64,000 nt of DNA, from positions 310,001-374,000 of the forward strand of contig NW_026782237.1 in NCBI RefSeq assembly GCF_031769215.1, in the 5' to 3' direction. Under the pieces are notes generated by a model. That model did no database searches. It was not told where the DNA came from and worked only from the letters and a program-made list of their open reading frames with translations. Positions 22,267-35,400 of this stretch are shown one piece after another (the first letter of the stretch is position 1; the number at the start of each line of letters is the position of its first letter). Both the position numbers and the translations under genes were made by a program. The DNA comes from Ylistrum balloti. Its lineage: Eukaryota.

Positions 22267-24445
22267 GAGACAGAGCCTGGACAAGATAATGTGTTGAAAG
22301 ACAGATGGACAGACAGACAGATGGATAGTAGATGGACAAAACACAACACTACAGTTCTCTCAGTTCTAAGTGGCAGACTACTTGGTAGACTTGAATGAAA
22401 TATTAACTGAACCTATATTTTTTCATAAGACAACAAAACCTCCAATTGCTGTTCCCTTCTAGCACTGACAAAATGACCACTTACTGAGAACAAGTTTATT
22501 TCTTTTAATTAAAAGGCCACAACTCTGAAAAAGGAGTTGAAAGGAACCAGAAAAAAAAAATTGACCTGCATCTTTGCAGTATTCAACAATACATCATTTG
22601 CTGCTCAATATTTCCACCTATCAAACAGTGATTAAGTGGAAACTGAATTAGCACAGAATGACAGGTAGAGACAACATTATTAATATTTCTTCTAAAATGA
22701 GGAGAACTCATTTTTTATACCGATCTCTTGCTGTAAATGTTGAGTATACTATGAAAAATTATAATCACCAAGTGCTAAACTCTGACCTACAAAATTAGTT
22801 ATTGCACAAATAACTTCTATTTATGTCTTAATACGCACTGCTGCACTCAGTATTTTCAAGGTTAATCGCAATATTGTGTCATAAACAGGACAGTCTACTA
22901 CATCATTTTGTAGATAATATTTCCAGGGTCATTGGTTTGGTAACAAAGAATTAAAGTATTGATATCAGGCCAATATGATATCATCTTTTTAATTTGTTAT
23001 TCAATTCTTGGTAAATTAATTAAAAATGAACGATTTTTAATTTAGTTATTTTTGTTTATTTTTCACCTGACCAATATTTCATTAACATATTATACAATGT
23101 AATGACATGAAATCATTGTTTGTTTTAAATGCTATTAAACATAACCAACTAAGTCTGCCATGGGTGATAATTATCTCCCTTTTAATGCAGACAGACATTC
23201 TCTTTTTAAAAAAAACACCAACAAGACATACTGGCCAGAAAACTGGTACACTATGTTACAAAAATACCCAGCTTTCCTCCTACTGACACGAAATCATCAT
23301 GCACTGCTGCATTCACAGGTTTTTGTTTTTTTTTTTTACTTTACTGCCAAAAGACTTCCAGAGACAGAGTCTGGACAAGATAATGTGTTGAAAGACAGAT
23401 GGACAGACAGACAAACAGATGGATAGTAGATGGACAAAACACAACACTATAGTTCTCTCAGTTCTAAGTGGCAGACTTCTTGGTAGACTTGAACCAAATA
23501 TTAACTGGACCTATATTTTTTCATAAAACAACAAAACCTCCAATTGCTGTTCCCCTCTAGCACTGACAAAATGACCACTTACTGAGAACAAGTTTATTTC
23601 TTTTAATTAAAAGGCCACAACTCTGAAAAAGGAGTTGATAGGAACCAGAAAAAAAATTGACCTGCATCTTTGCAGTATTCAACAATACATCATTTGCTGC
23701 TCAATATTTCCACCTATCAAACAGTGATTAAGTGGAAACTGAATTAGCACAGAATGACAGGTAGAGACAACATTATTAATATTTCTTCTAAAATGAGGAG
23801 AACTCATTTTTTATACCGATCTCTTGCTGTAAATGTTGAGTATACTATGAAAAATTATAATCACCAAGTGCTAAACTCTGACCTACAAAATTAGTTATTG
23901 CACAAATAACTTCTATTTATGTCTTAATACGCACTGCTGCACTCAGTATTTTCAAGGTTAATCGCAATATTGTGTCATAAACAGGACAGTCTACTACATC
24001 ATTTTGTAGATAATATTTCTAGGGTCATTGGTTTGGTAACAAAGAATTAATGTATTGATATCAGGCCAATATATCATCTTTTTAATTTGTTATTCAATTC
24101 TTGGTAAATTAATTAAAAATGAACGATTTTTAATTTAGTTATTTTTGTTTATTTTTCACCTGACCAATATTTCATTAACATATTATACAATGTAATGACA
24201 TGAAATCATTGTTTGTTTTAAATGCTATTAAACATAACCAACTAAGTCTGCCATGGGTGATAATTATCTCCCTTTTAATGCAGACAGACATACTCTTTTT
24301 AAAAAAAAACACCAACAAGACATACTGGCCAGAAAACTGGTACACTATGTTACAAAAATACCCAGCTTTCCTCCTACTGACACGAAATCATCATGCACTG
24401 CTGCATTCACAGGTTTTTTTTTACCTTACAGCCAAAAGACTTCCA
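22267..24445 (+). repeat. Tandem duplication of about 1.09 kb in a MOCS2 intron
   Basis: Copy 1 is 22267-23360 and copy 2 is 23361-24445. They are nearly identical by eye, with scattered substitutions and homopolymer length differences. Confidence 0.95.
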
Positions 24446-26169
24446 GTAATCATGTTACCAAATTGCTTAATCAAATTTTAAAATTTAGCTTTATTGTCAA
24501 GTTTATAAAAAATTATTTTGTCAAACGATTTGAACATCTTCCAATAAGCCTTCAGAAAGATATCTAACTTAATCACCATGTTATAAATGCCTGCATTAGC
24601 CTGCCAATTTTTATGGCCCCCTGCTAATGGTTACCTGATCCATGACAATGACGTAGGTAACAGCCACAAAACAATAACTCAATCAGGTCAAATTAACACA
24701 CCGCTTTTATATGCTGTCTCTCAAAAATAGGCACGAGAAACCTAAATATAAAAAACCATCATTATAAACATATTACACATTTGATCACTTACAACTACTG
24801 GACAAATAAATGGCACTCTTCATTAAGTGATTTATTTAAATTGTGAAAATCAGTATTTTCTGGAAATACAAAATTAGGCATAGATATTTTACATCTAAGT
24901 AACTTTTCCTTGAACATTTTTTCAGCTGAAAGTGACATCAGGCTTGAAAGATATTACACACTGTTTCTAAAGCTGAAGGCACACTCTTTTGGTAATACTG
25001 GTCAAATCTATTTAAAAAAAAAAAAGACTCCAAATACAGCAGCCTTCCTTTATCGTAATAGTATCACTAATTATTATTATGTTAGTGTACATGTACCCGT
25101 TACTAATTAAGTAAATGTTTAATTAGTTATTTCTTGAATAATACATTAAGGTGTATGAAATGACCTGTTATTTGAAAACACAAATTTAAGCAGGTGCTGA
25201 TGTATTAAATTGGTAAACATATTAAACGGAAGAAAATTAAAGACAACGACTTTGATCTTAATGATGGTTTTGGTCTGTTTCTCTGCAATGGTGTTATCTG
25301 TTCTGTTCTCCTACTTGTCGACCCCTATATATATATATATAAGCTGACATGAACATGTTGGAGAACTCTGTTTGAAGATTTAAATTAATGAAACATGATT
25401 TATATACCTTACAAATTATCTACACAAATGACCATGATGAAAACTGGCATGCAGATCAGTTATAAGGACAAAACAAATTAGTTTTAGTACATTTTCTTTT
25501 TCCAGGGTTTGTAGGGTTGGAGGCATAATCTGTCACAATTTCACAGAAATAACTTTTTCTAACATAACATACACATATTAATTTGATGGAAAATAAAAGA
25601 ACATACATCAAAACCTGATTTAAAACCCATCTGGATGTATGTTTAGATCAAATTCAAACTTCAGAAACACAACATTAAATGTGCCTGTTCTTGTTCCTTT
25701 TATTGTTGAGGTTACGAAGCCTAGGCATGCAGTGACCCCTATACTTTGATGTACTAAGATGTTCTCAACAAAACAATCTCTAATTAAATGGTTTTTAAAA
25801 TCTAAAGGACATATTCTTCCGCTAAACTGATTTTCTTTGTTGTATGCAGGAGTTAGTGTGAACCTGCTCATTGGACTGACACAGATCATAATAGACCCAA
25901 CGCCAAGATCTCGTCATACATACATATCGTCTTTACTTGTAAATGAACATCCCACTGGATCCATTATCATCTCTACTCATAATCATAGCAAGGTTGATTC
26001 TGGTATACAATTATTGTATTAGTGCATTATATGTACCATTGCTTAATTATCATAGATTCAAAGAGTGCAGTCATAAGCAGTAAAGGGCCGATAAGCAAAA
26101 ATAATTAAAAAATGGGGCAAAGCCACAATTGGCCAGGTTGTGGGATGAGTGCAATGTTACATGGTATTT

Positions 26170-26531
26170 ATAAGACAGTTAAGGGTGTTTCATTTGTTGA
26201 GTATGAAGAATATTTGTAATAAGAGAGAAAGTTTGGTTGTATTTTATAAAATGGTGCAGTTTGTAGTAGTTTCTGAGAAACTGTGATAACAAGAAAAGTT
26301 TCAGAAAGTGACTAAGTTCCAAAGCCCGGAAAATCAAGAAAAATGTCCGGAATGACTCCATAATAGGAGGTGCACATCTTCAACATATATATAAACATCC
26401 TACAAAGTTTCAAGCTTCTACATCAAAAACTCTAGAAGTTGATTCTACAAAACTGGTACCCTTCTTCCCCGCCTGCCCGACATTCACCATACTATAACCC
26501 GGATTTGTACTATGTGCAACCCGGCCAAAAA
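26170..26531 (+). mobile_element. Partial Helentron-associated element
   Basis: The 3' end ccatactataacccggatttgtactatgtgcaacccggccaaaaa is an imperfect hairpin plus A-run; the body is typical of these elements. Confidence 0.4.
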
Positions 26532-26703
26532 TTAAACAATAAAGGAAAGCAATTTATTGATATAAAAATGGCAAAGATGATCAACATCGATGGAGTTCAG
26601 GAATGACTGGTTTGAATTTCCTAAGTATATTTGCTCATTTTAAAGTAATTTAAAACTAGGAGGACTGAAATGTTTATATCAATCAGTAGTATTAAGTAAG
26701 AAG

Positions 26704-27572
26704 ACAAGAGATGCCAGATGCTCTTTGAAAGTTCGATCTTTTCCCTTCTTTTCTCTTCTCTTCCCTGTTTTTGCTCTTAATGATAATAAATTTGAACATT
26801 CCTTTGCAGAAATAGTGTTGATAAGGTATATACCTGTCACATCCAAGATGGTCACCTGGAAGTCATTTTATATTTTAATCAAGTCTCAAAATCAAATGGG
26901 CACAATGGAACATACGTATGAAATTTAAGAGAGATCCATTCAGGGCTTCTTAAGAATTAGGTATGATAATCTTTACAAGGTGAAATCCAAGATGGCTTCC
27001 TATCGGCCATTTTCTTTTTCTGATCAGTCCTAAACTCAAACAGACACAACTAGGAGCAAAAAGACCTATACCTGGATTCTGATAAATATCTGCAATATTG
27101 CTCAAGAAATTGCAATAACAAACTTTCAAAATCAAAATCCAAGATGGCCTTCTGTTGCCCATTTTCATTTCCTGACACAGTACAAAAATCAACAGGCTCA
27201 ACAAGGGATACACAAAATTAGAGAAAAATCTAACCTGTAGTCGTCAAGAAATAGTGATAATAAACTTTCTAAGACAAAATCCATGATGGCTGCCTGTTGG
27301 CCATTAAGTTTTTCTGATCAGACCCAAAATCAAACAAGAGCAACCACAGACCAAGGGGCCCCTACACTTGAAATTTGAGAAAAGATCAACACATTAATTC
27401 TCTAGAAATAGTGATGACAAACTTTCAAAGTGAAAATCCTGTCCTGTCAGGAAACCTATAAATGAAATTAGAGAGTTCCGTACAGGACTTCTTTAGAAAA
27501 AGGGATAACAAACATTACTAGGTGTAATCCAAGATGGCTGCTTGTCTGCCATCCAATGACGGTGGGCTAAAA
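26704..27572 (+). mobile_element. Older copy of the 20653-21476 element family
   Basis: Starts acaagag, contains several diverged tccaagatggc repeats, and ends ccatccaatgacggtgggctaaaa. Confidence 0.7.
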
Positions 27573-28639
27573 TTGCAAATAGTAACTGATTCACAGCTTC
27601 CAAAACTCAAAATTCACAAAATTTTCAACTTAAGGTACAAAGAACTCAAAAATTCAAATCTCAGAACCATACCAAAGTTTTATTTCAATTTTCATCTGAG
27701 ACATGTACAGGATGGTGTATTGTGGTGTGTATGACCTTAATAAGCCAACTTTAACAATAAAAACACTCAGTCTCTATAACCATTATAGTAAACATTAACG
27801 ATCAACCTCATAATCACTGGTAAACACTGATGATTAACCTCTACAACCGTTACAGTAAACAGTACTGAGATATATATACATGAATAATTGTTTGTGCTCA
27901 CACTGATGTCACAGTAAAATATAAGGCAATTCCATACAGATATTAAATTGTCCTAGTACTGGGCCAGTGAAGACAGCATTAAATAAATATATATGAAAAC
28001 CATCTTTTATCATAAAAGAACTTTAACAAAAGCTGGTTGAACAATTTTATATGAGTGTGACTTTATACTTTGACATGACAAGGATCAAACATGTATTGTA
28101 TTTCATTCAAGCCAGGGTTCTGTTTCAGATCAGTAACTATATTCTTACACAATTCAAATAAATATAATTTTTTCCAAGTTAATAATAGGAAATGTCAGAT
28201 GTTGTCTATTCTTCTCTTGGATAATCACAGTAGAATTGTCAAGCCATTAAATTTAGGTTGAATGAATTCTGACCTCTATTAATTTCCTTCTATATGGTTC
28301 ACAGCATATGTCAATTCTCAAAATTGTATATTTTTAGTTTTTATGACTCACATATTCTTATAAAACATTTCAACGAGAATGTCATGTATTGGAACAATAT
28401 TTGTCCTCAGCTCCCATGCAAAAGTGGCTTACATTGTTGTACGATCATGAAACAATCAAACTGTCACTACAAAATATATATCAGACTCTGTCGCTGCGGT
28501 CAAAATCTCAAAGAGATTATCCAAAAACAGGTGAGGGTAGATTTGAGGAGAGGAATAACCAAATTACTTAAATTACAGAAAGGTTAATGTATTGATACTA
28601 TATATTCAAAACTTTGAATGAGAGACACAATCAATTGCA

Positions 28640-30245
28640 TGCAAAATGAAGATCCCCAAGGGGCCTGCATCGTTCACCTGGCTAATTCAGTTACTCACTC
28701 AACAAAGAGTTTCAAATAGGATAAATAAATTCTGAAATGATTTCCCTAATGGGTCCAAGTGAAGTATGATATGAAGCCCATGGAAGAGTGAACTACAATT
28801 CAATTAACCCTGTAAGCCAGGTGGCTTCTGTTTCTAGAACAAAGCAAAACCTGTATTTTGTTCAACATTGGTGTCATTGTGTTCTTTACCTGTAGTCATG
28901 CTCCAGACCAAATGTTCAAATTTGTTATCCAAGCCAAAAGAGCAGAACTTTTTACAGGTTTTATTCCCTAATATATGCCCTTTATCCCTAGAAGCAGACC
29001 ATCTGAAAAAGCATAACCAGTCACATTTATCCTCCCCAATTACAGTTTATTCTGTCTTAACAGCTGTACTGTGGAGTAGAATAATATTTGCCTGTACCAT
29101 GCCAAAGAAATATTCAGGATTTGTTGTATTAAAAAGAATTCAAAACTGGAAATGGAAATAACGAGTCAAAATGTCAAGAGGGATAATAGTGCTAATTCTT
29201 TTTGGTGGTAATTAAATCAAAGCATACTAAATTTTAAAGAAATTGGTGGTAAACTGAAAGAAAAAGACATATCACTGCACAAGATTAAAATGATGAAAAG
29301 AACAAAGAACAAAAACGTTTTGAAATATTGTTAAATCAAAATATCATTTATGAGAATAATCTCATATTGTGGATTTCAAGCCTAACAATCCTAAAAAAAA
29401 TAAATAACACAAAATGGTTGAAAACTGAGGGAAGGGATATCTGGATGTGATAAAAAGTTGATAAAAAAGGGGCAATAACGCTTTCAAAAATTGTGAAATC
29501 ACAATGCAAGTAAGGACACATCATTTCATATAATGGTTATAAATCCTACCAAATTTTAGAGAAATTGGTGACCAACTGAGAGAGGGAAAAACTCCAACCA
29601 AATGAATTGCTAAAGAACAAAGGGCAATAAATCCTTCAAAAATATCTTAATCAAAATGCCGTGTGGAAAACTAACTTCATGTCATGGTGGTTTTAAGCTA
29701 ACATTATGAAAACAATAACGGGCAATATCTCTTCTAAATACAGTCAAGTCAACCTGCTGTGAAGGAAAACACAACTTCACGTTATGGTTACATCTGCATA
29801 TCATGCTTGAAAGAAACCCATTGAAATTAAGAGGTGAGCTTCGGACAAGATCGACATTATGAAATTAATAAGGGGAAGTAGCTAATTCCAATACAGCCAT
29901 ACCAAAACACCACTTAATGTCATAGTGATTAAGCCCCCCAAAATTGAAAGAAATTTGTTAAAAAAGCAAATAGAGATGATCTCCAAAAAAAAATTAATGT
30001 TATGAAAACAAAAAGGAGTAGTAACTTTTTCATGACAATTATGTCAAATCAATCTCCCATTCAGGAAAACACAACTTCATATCATGATGATTAAGTCTAC
30101 CAAGTTTGGAAAAGATGGGTAGAAAACTGGGAAAAAATCTCCTAAAAATTAAAAGTTTACAACAAATGGATGGATGGAATGACAACACCTTACATAGAGA
30201 ATATTTGACATATGTCCCATCAAAGTTTTGATAGGTGTATAAAAA
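28640..30245 (+). mobile_element. Highly decayed repeat-bearing element(s)
   Basis: Start-like ggggcctgcatcgttcacctg, recurring aagggcaataa motifs, and an end-like cccatcaaagttttgataggtgtataaaaa. Confidence 0.3.
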
Positions 30246-30621
30246 TCATAGAGTAGTAAAAATTTATATATATATATATATAAAGCATGTCATAATTCTG
30301 TTGTGCCCTAAATCACATCCTGTGATACAGGTAAATATTGACCTTTCAAAACAACATTTGTTGAGAATAATCCTGGAACCCGTTGCATGAACCTTTTGAA
30401 AATGGTCTGGTGACACTGGGGATCAAAACTATCTGAATATCAACATAACTGAAGACATACACTGTTATTCTAGACTTCAAACAAATAAAGTTTGGTTATA
30501 ATATTGACAGAATTCCACTGGCAATCAGAGTAAAGGATATGTGTAATTGATTGTTAATTGAAATCAAGTAAATAATTTTTGCATTTACAGTTTTGACAAG
30601 TTTCTTTTTTTTTTACTTTAC

Positions 30622-30743
30622 CTGGGAAATTGGCTCACAATATTGTTGATCAGTTGTTGAAGATTGGTTGGATTTTCTACCTTGATTCTGGTGGTTTTCA
30701 GACCAGACAACTCACGGCTTTTAGCAAAGAACAGTACTTCCAC
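30622..30743 (-). CDS. MOCS2: MOCS2A (molybdopterin synthase sulfur carrier subunit) exon 2
   Basis: Acceptor tattcacag| and donor |gtaaag. Encodes VEVLFFAKSRELSGLKTTRIKVENPTNLQQLINNIVSQFP, matching the MOCS2A/MoaD N-terminus VEVLYFAKS. Confidence 0.92.
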
Positions 30744-32635
30744 CTGTGAATACAAACAAATGTTGATGCTAGAGACAAAAATTGTTATCTTAGGATGACC
30801 TCATCTTATCAATGCTTGTATACATTTCAACTGGCTTTGTCTTTTGGTACATTTTGAAAATTTAAATAGTGAAAATATCCTGCCCCTACATTGGGGCTTG
30901 AATTAAGAAATTCAAATCTCTGACAAGGCCATCAGATGCTCCTGTTATTGAAAATGTTCTGACAATATAAAACTATAAATATGTATGTAGTTTTTTGATG
31001 CACATTTACTCTCCACCTCAGACTAGTCACTCTCCTTCACAAAGTCCTTGTCCCACAACCTATGTTAAATCTTCAGCTCTAATGAAGCTTCCTGATCTTC
31101 TATACACTACATACAAATGTATTGTGATCAGTGCATCAACTCTGTAATTGGGAAGATTAATGAAGAATGAAAAATATGTTACTCCCACTGGAGTTCAAAC
31201 TCACTAGGAAGATGCCTTACACAAGACAAAGATTACACAAGCTATTTTACCTAAACTAAGTTGCATTATTGCCTTAATTCATTTGAGAACAGGACAGGAT
31301 CATCAGTAAATAAATGAATGAAGACTTTTAAAATTATACTGTCAGCATCAAAATATCTTTCAATTTAGCAAAATTGGTAGAAATACCACCTGCCAATATA
31401 AAAATAAAATCTGACTGTCTAAATATAGTACATTGGAGAATCTGGAACTCTAGTCATTAATTGGAGAAAAAATTTCAAGCAAAGTATTGGTTATAAATTG
31501 AGGTTCATATATTTTTGTTACTTTTACTAAATAACTTCTGCTGGGATTGGAATTCTGTTCCTTTATATGGCTTATTTCTTGTTGATTTTCAAATATACAC
31601 CAATATTTCATATGGTTTATCTGATAAAAAACAAAAGTTTGTGGCTCAATCATGATTGAGCTATGTTTATAAATCAATCTAGCTAAAACTTTATAGTTTC
31701 CACAAATTAAATATTATTTGTCTCTACAATTGTTTGGTGAATTGAGGTATACATTTTCCATTAAAAATACAAGTAGGCCAGGCCCTTTTGTGAATTTTTT
31801 TACAAAAAGAATTATTTGAAATCCTCACTTGGGCTAAATATCCCTTCAAGTGGAAAATATCCTTTACTACACATATATGTGTGTGTGCATGTGAAAGACA
31901 AGCTATAACATATCAACTTTATAATCTTGATCAGTGTAATGCCCCATATTTATATATCACTGTACCTTTCATATGCATAGCTACCTTTACACCGATGTAG
32001 ATTTATTTCCTCCCAGCTTTTGGGGGCTTTGAATCTCAAATCCCCTACCTGGGAGGGCTTCACACCTGGACCCTTAGCAAGAGTGACTCCCTGCACCCAA
32101 ATTCATTTCCGTATACACATCAAAATTGTTTGGCTATTCATCTGCCTTTAAACCCAGATAATCAGTTTAATGTTACAAAAGTATACGGTGATTTTCTGTT
32201 GGTCACTTCTGAATACCAAATTGACATGCATGTCTTCCCAAATCCATTTCATCTTCAATATCAAAGATACAAGAACCTTTATTTTACGTAGTGTTTTAAA
32301 ACAATTTAACTTTAGCTCTGTAAAGCTATTCTTACGACAAAAAGAAAAAAATATAAACACGGACGAAAGTGCGCTAAAATGTTCTCGATACCACTTGGAT
32401 CTAAATTATCTAAATTTTTCAACGACTCAAACAGAAAGTGATATCTACATGTACATGAACGAATGTCAACCTAGCCGAAGCGAGTTTTCATTATTTGAAA
32501 CAAAGATTGACGTTACTTGTTGTAACCTCATCTGCATTAGTAAATTATTATGTTTGTTAGATCGCAGGTGTGCCCTGACAATTATTTTTAATAGCAATAT
32601 ATCCATCATTTCTATCCTGGCGGTTCATATCTCAC

Positions 32636-32650
32636 CTCTACACCAGCCAT
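32636..32650 (-). CDS. MOCS2: MOCS2A first coding exon (MAGVE)
   Basis: ATGGCTGGTGTAGAG|gtgaga has a strong phase-0 donor that joins VEVLFFAK. It lies in a CpG-containing promoter-like region. The exon is short, and an alternative (MQMRLQQ near 32530) cannot be fully excluded. Confidence 0.65.
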
Positions 32651-32950
32651 ATGTACGAATCAGTGTAGATGGACGCTTAGTGTACATCCGCCTTCCCTAC
32701 TGCCCCTTTCAAACATTCCAACGACTCCAAGTTCGTTTTTACTGCGCATGTATGGGATAAAGAAAGCAGTCGACATTTCGAAATAGCAGAAGAAAACACA
32801 GCTACAAGCTCAGAAAATGTTAAGAAGAGTTTGGAAGAACTTGAAAGTGTCAGTATGTTTGGGTAAATTGGTCTATCAATTTTATAATATTCAACAACAA
32901 GCAATCCCAATCGGTGGATTGTTGAGAACTGACACATGGCGGGAAATTCA
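32651..32950. promoter_or_regulatory. Putative MOCS2 promoter, possibly bidirectional
   Basis: Local CpG enrichment just upstream of the MOCS2A ATG. Motifs seen: NRF1-like TGCGCATG (32743-32750), CCAAT (32907-32911) and overlapping YY1/E2F-like ATGGCGGGAAA (32936-32946). These are motif matches only. Confidence 0.5.
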
Positions 32951-34849
32951 ATTTTCTTAAATTCTTATGACTTTGTAAACAACCATTTAAATTCTATTGG
33001 ACATGCTATCGATATACTGATATATAATTACATATATAATATTCATACTCATAAAAGGCGGCTACATCCCTATATTTGTAAATGCCCACTCTCATTATCA
33101 ATAATTTGCTTGATATATTTATTCAGAGACATATATAACACTGTGTTATATATGTCTCTGATTTATTCTACAAAAGGCAAAAGAAAAAAATAGTATAAAT
33201 GTCGCGTGTTTCTGGTCTCTGCATGTAAAAAAGTTTTTTTTGTATATTCATTGATCTTTGAAATGGTTTGCTTGCTTTTGTCACTGACTTCTCAAATACT
33301 GAATATTGATAAGGTAATTAAAGTTTATAACTAAGTTTTGGGTAGGCATAAAATGTCCCATGCATGTATTTTTCATATGATGTTAATTAAGTTGTAACGG
33401 CCTTGACTATTTGTCAACGATTTTATTTGTGTTAGGGCTCAATTGATATTCAGAATTCTTCCCTTTAAAAGCATATTTATAAAGGCTGCCACCATGCAGA
33501 TTATCTCTAGACTTTTCCTTTTAAACCTACCTTTTTTGCTAACCTCCAAGGTTTTTTTTTTATCTTCAGAGAGATTTCATATGAGGGGAGGGGGAGGGGC
33601 ATTGTAAATGTTAGTTTAGAACATTTTAATTGCTTTGATGTATATCTGATAAGTTAGTAGAATTTTTTTTTATTCAGTTGCAAAAATATTGGTACAATCA
33701 AGAAAGTAGAATCACTGATTATTTATTTAATTGCCTAAATATTAGAAATGAAATGCAAAATAAGATACATTATGTAGCAGGTATTTAAGTCTAAAACAAA
33801 GGAAACAACAATATAAGCACAGAATGCCTTATTACGTACATGTACATTTCCTTTTTTTATTTCAGAGTTGATAGTCAGGACTGACATAGATTTTGAAATG
33901 TTATATTTGTGGAATGTTCAATTCTTGAAGCGTTTTTTGGAACTTGTACAGTACCATCTTGAATTTATTAATGGTAGCCCTTTATTTACTAACTTAGGAT
34001 ATCTATTAGATAACTAAATAATGTTTATTATTCTTTATGCTTTAAGCCATTCCCTTTTTGGCCCTTGAAAGTTTTTCTTTCTCGTACAATTCATGATGAA
34101 AAATACACCTTGTGTGTATGTTGTAAATGCTTTTTCAAGAAAGAAGGAGTGCTTGTATTAAAAAGTGCCTGGTAAAAGCTGCCTTTTGATTTAGCCAATT
34201 TTTAAGTTGGTTTTTTTTATTAGTTTCGACCTTTGGAAACTTTGTCAGCCCAACCTACTTCTGGTCTATAAACATGTGTTTAGTCCATGACTAACAAATT
34301 TTTACATCTCTACTATAGTTTCAGCTTATTAGATTGACACATTAAAAGAATTCTTAAGTATAAAATATCATGTCACATGGTTAAAACTGAATCTTGAATG
34401 GATGGACCTCTGAGTTGACGGACTATTCGGTTACACTACTGAAAGATTTTTTCAATATTAGGTGTTTGAAATAAAAGAAACTTACTTGGGTATTTGGTGG
34501 CATCTTTTCTGTTTATTTTATCTTTACAGCATCCATCCACACTAGAATAATGCATTGATACCTAAAATTCCCTTGCTGCTTACTATCAATTGCAAAGAGT
34601 GGAAATAACTAAGTCACATGACTGAAATGAAGAAATGTCAAGAAAACTTTAATTTTTAATCTAACTCGAAAGGCAGCAATTGAAAAATAGTATATTTTTT
34701 TTTATTTCACATAGGATTTTTAATGTAAATGATGAAGCGGGGGCGATAACTGGTTCCCTGTGATCCTTGAGATACCAGCATCATGATAGCTGCATGTGAC
34801 ATACCAATCCTGAGTGACTCAATAAATAATTGGTATTAGAATATTACCA

Positions 34850-35400
34850 ATGATGTTAGACATTTTTAATAAATACAATACAAGGCTATTTACATCGACA
34901 AATCAGTAGCTAATGGAACTCAATGTTGAAAAGTATAAACACCTCAAAATTCACCCAGGACATGCCAAAGATAACGCAAACTTTACTATAACACAAAATA
35001 GTACTACAACTCCAGTTGAAGAAGTAAACAATAAGAGAAATCTAGGAATAACTGAAGACAAAAATCTGATATTTAGTGATCATATTTGATCAGCTTTGAC
35101 AAAGTAAATTGTAACCTGGGTGGCATATAATATTCAAACCTTGACATGTATCAATTAAGAATTGTTTTGACACTACAAACCCCTAGTTCATCCCTATTTA
35201 TAAACAGCAATTATGGTATGGTTCCCTTTACTAAATAATGAGCAAGGTACAGGTCTCGATAAAATACAGAGAAGGCAGCTAAACTAGTATGAAATTTAAG
35301 GGATCTACCACATCAAGCTAGGTTAAAGAAATTGGGGCTATCATCCTAAACAGTATAGAGGGTTTTGATTAGAAATGTTACAAGTCTTTAAAAGCTTAAA
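34850..35400 (+). mobile_element. Decayed CR1-clade LINE, C-terminal reverse transcriptase region
   Basis: Conceptual translation with stops gives LMELNVEKYKHL...RNLGITEDKNLIFSDHI...HYKPLVHPY...IQRRAAKLV.NLRDLPHQARLKKLGL. This matches the CR1/L2 ORF2 motifs KDLGV.D..L.F..HI, YK.LVRP and VQRRATK...RL..LGL. Confidence 0.8.

Noticed and set aside
32170-32760. 196-aa ORF, the longest in the track
   Set aside because: It overlaps the MOCS2A first exon and promoter antisense, has a TTG start, and shows no recognisable domain.
33585-33599. G-quadruplex motif
   Set aside because: Only three G-runs are present.
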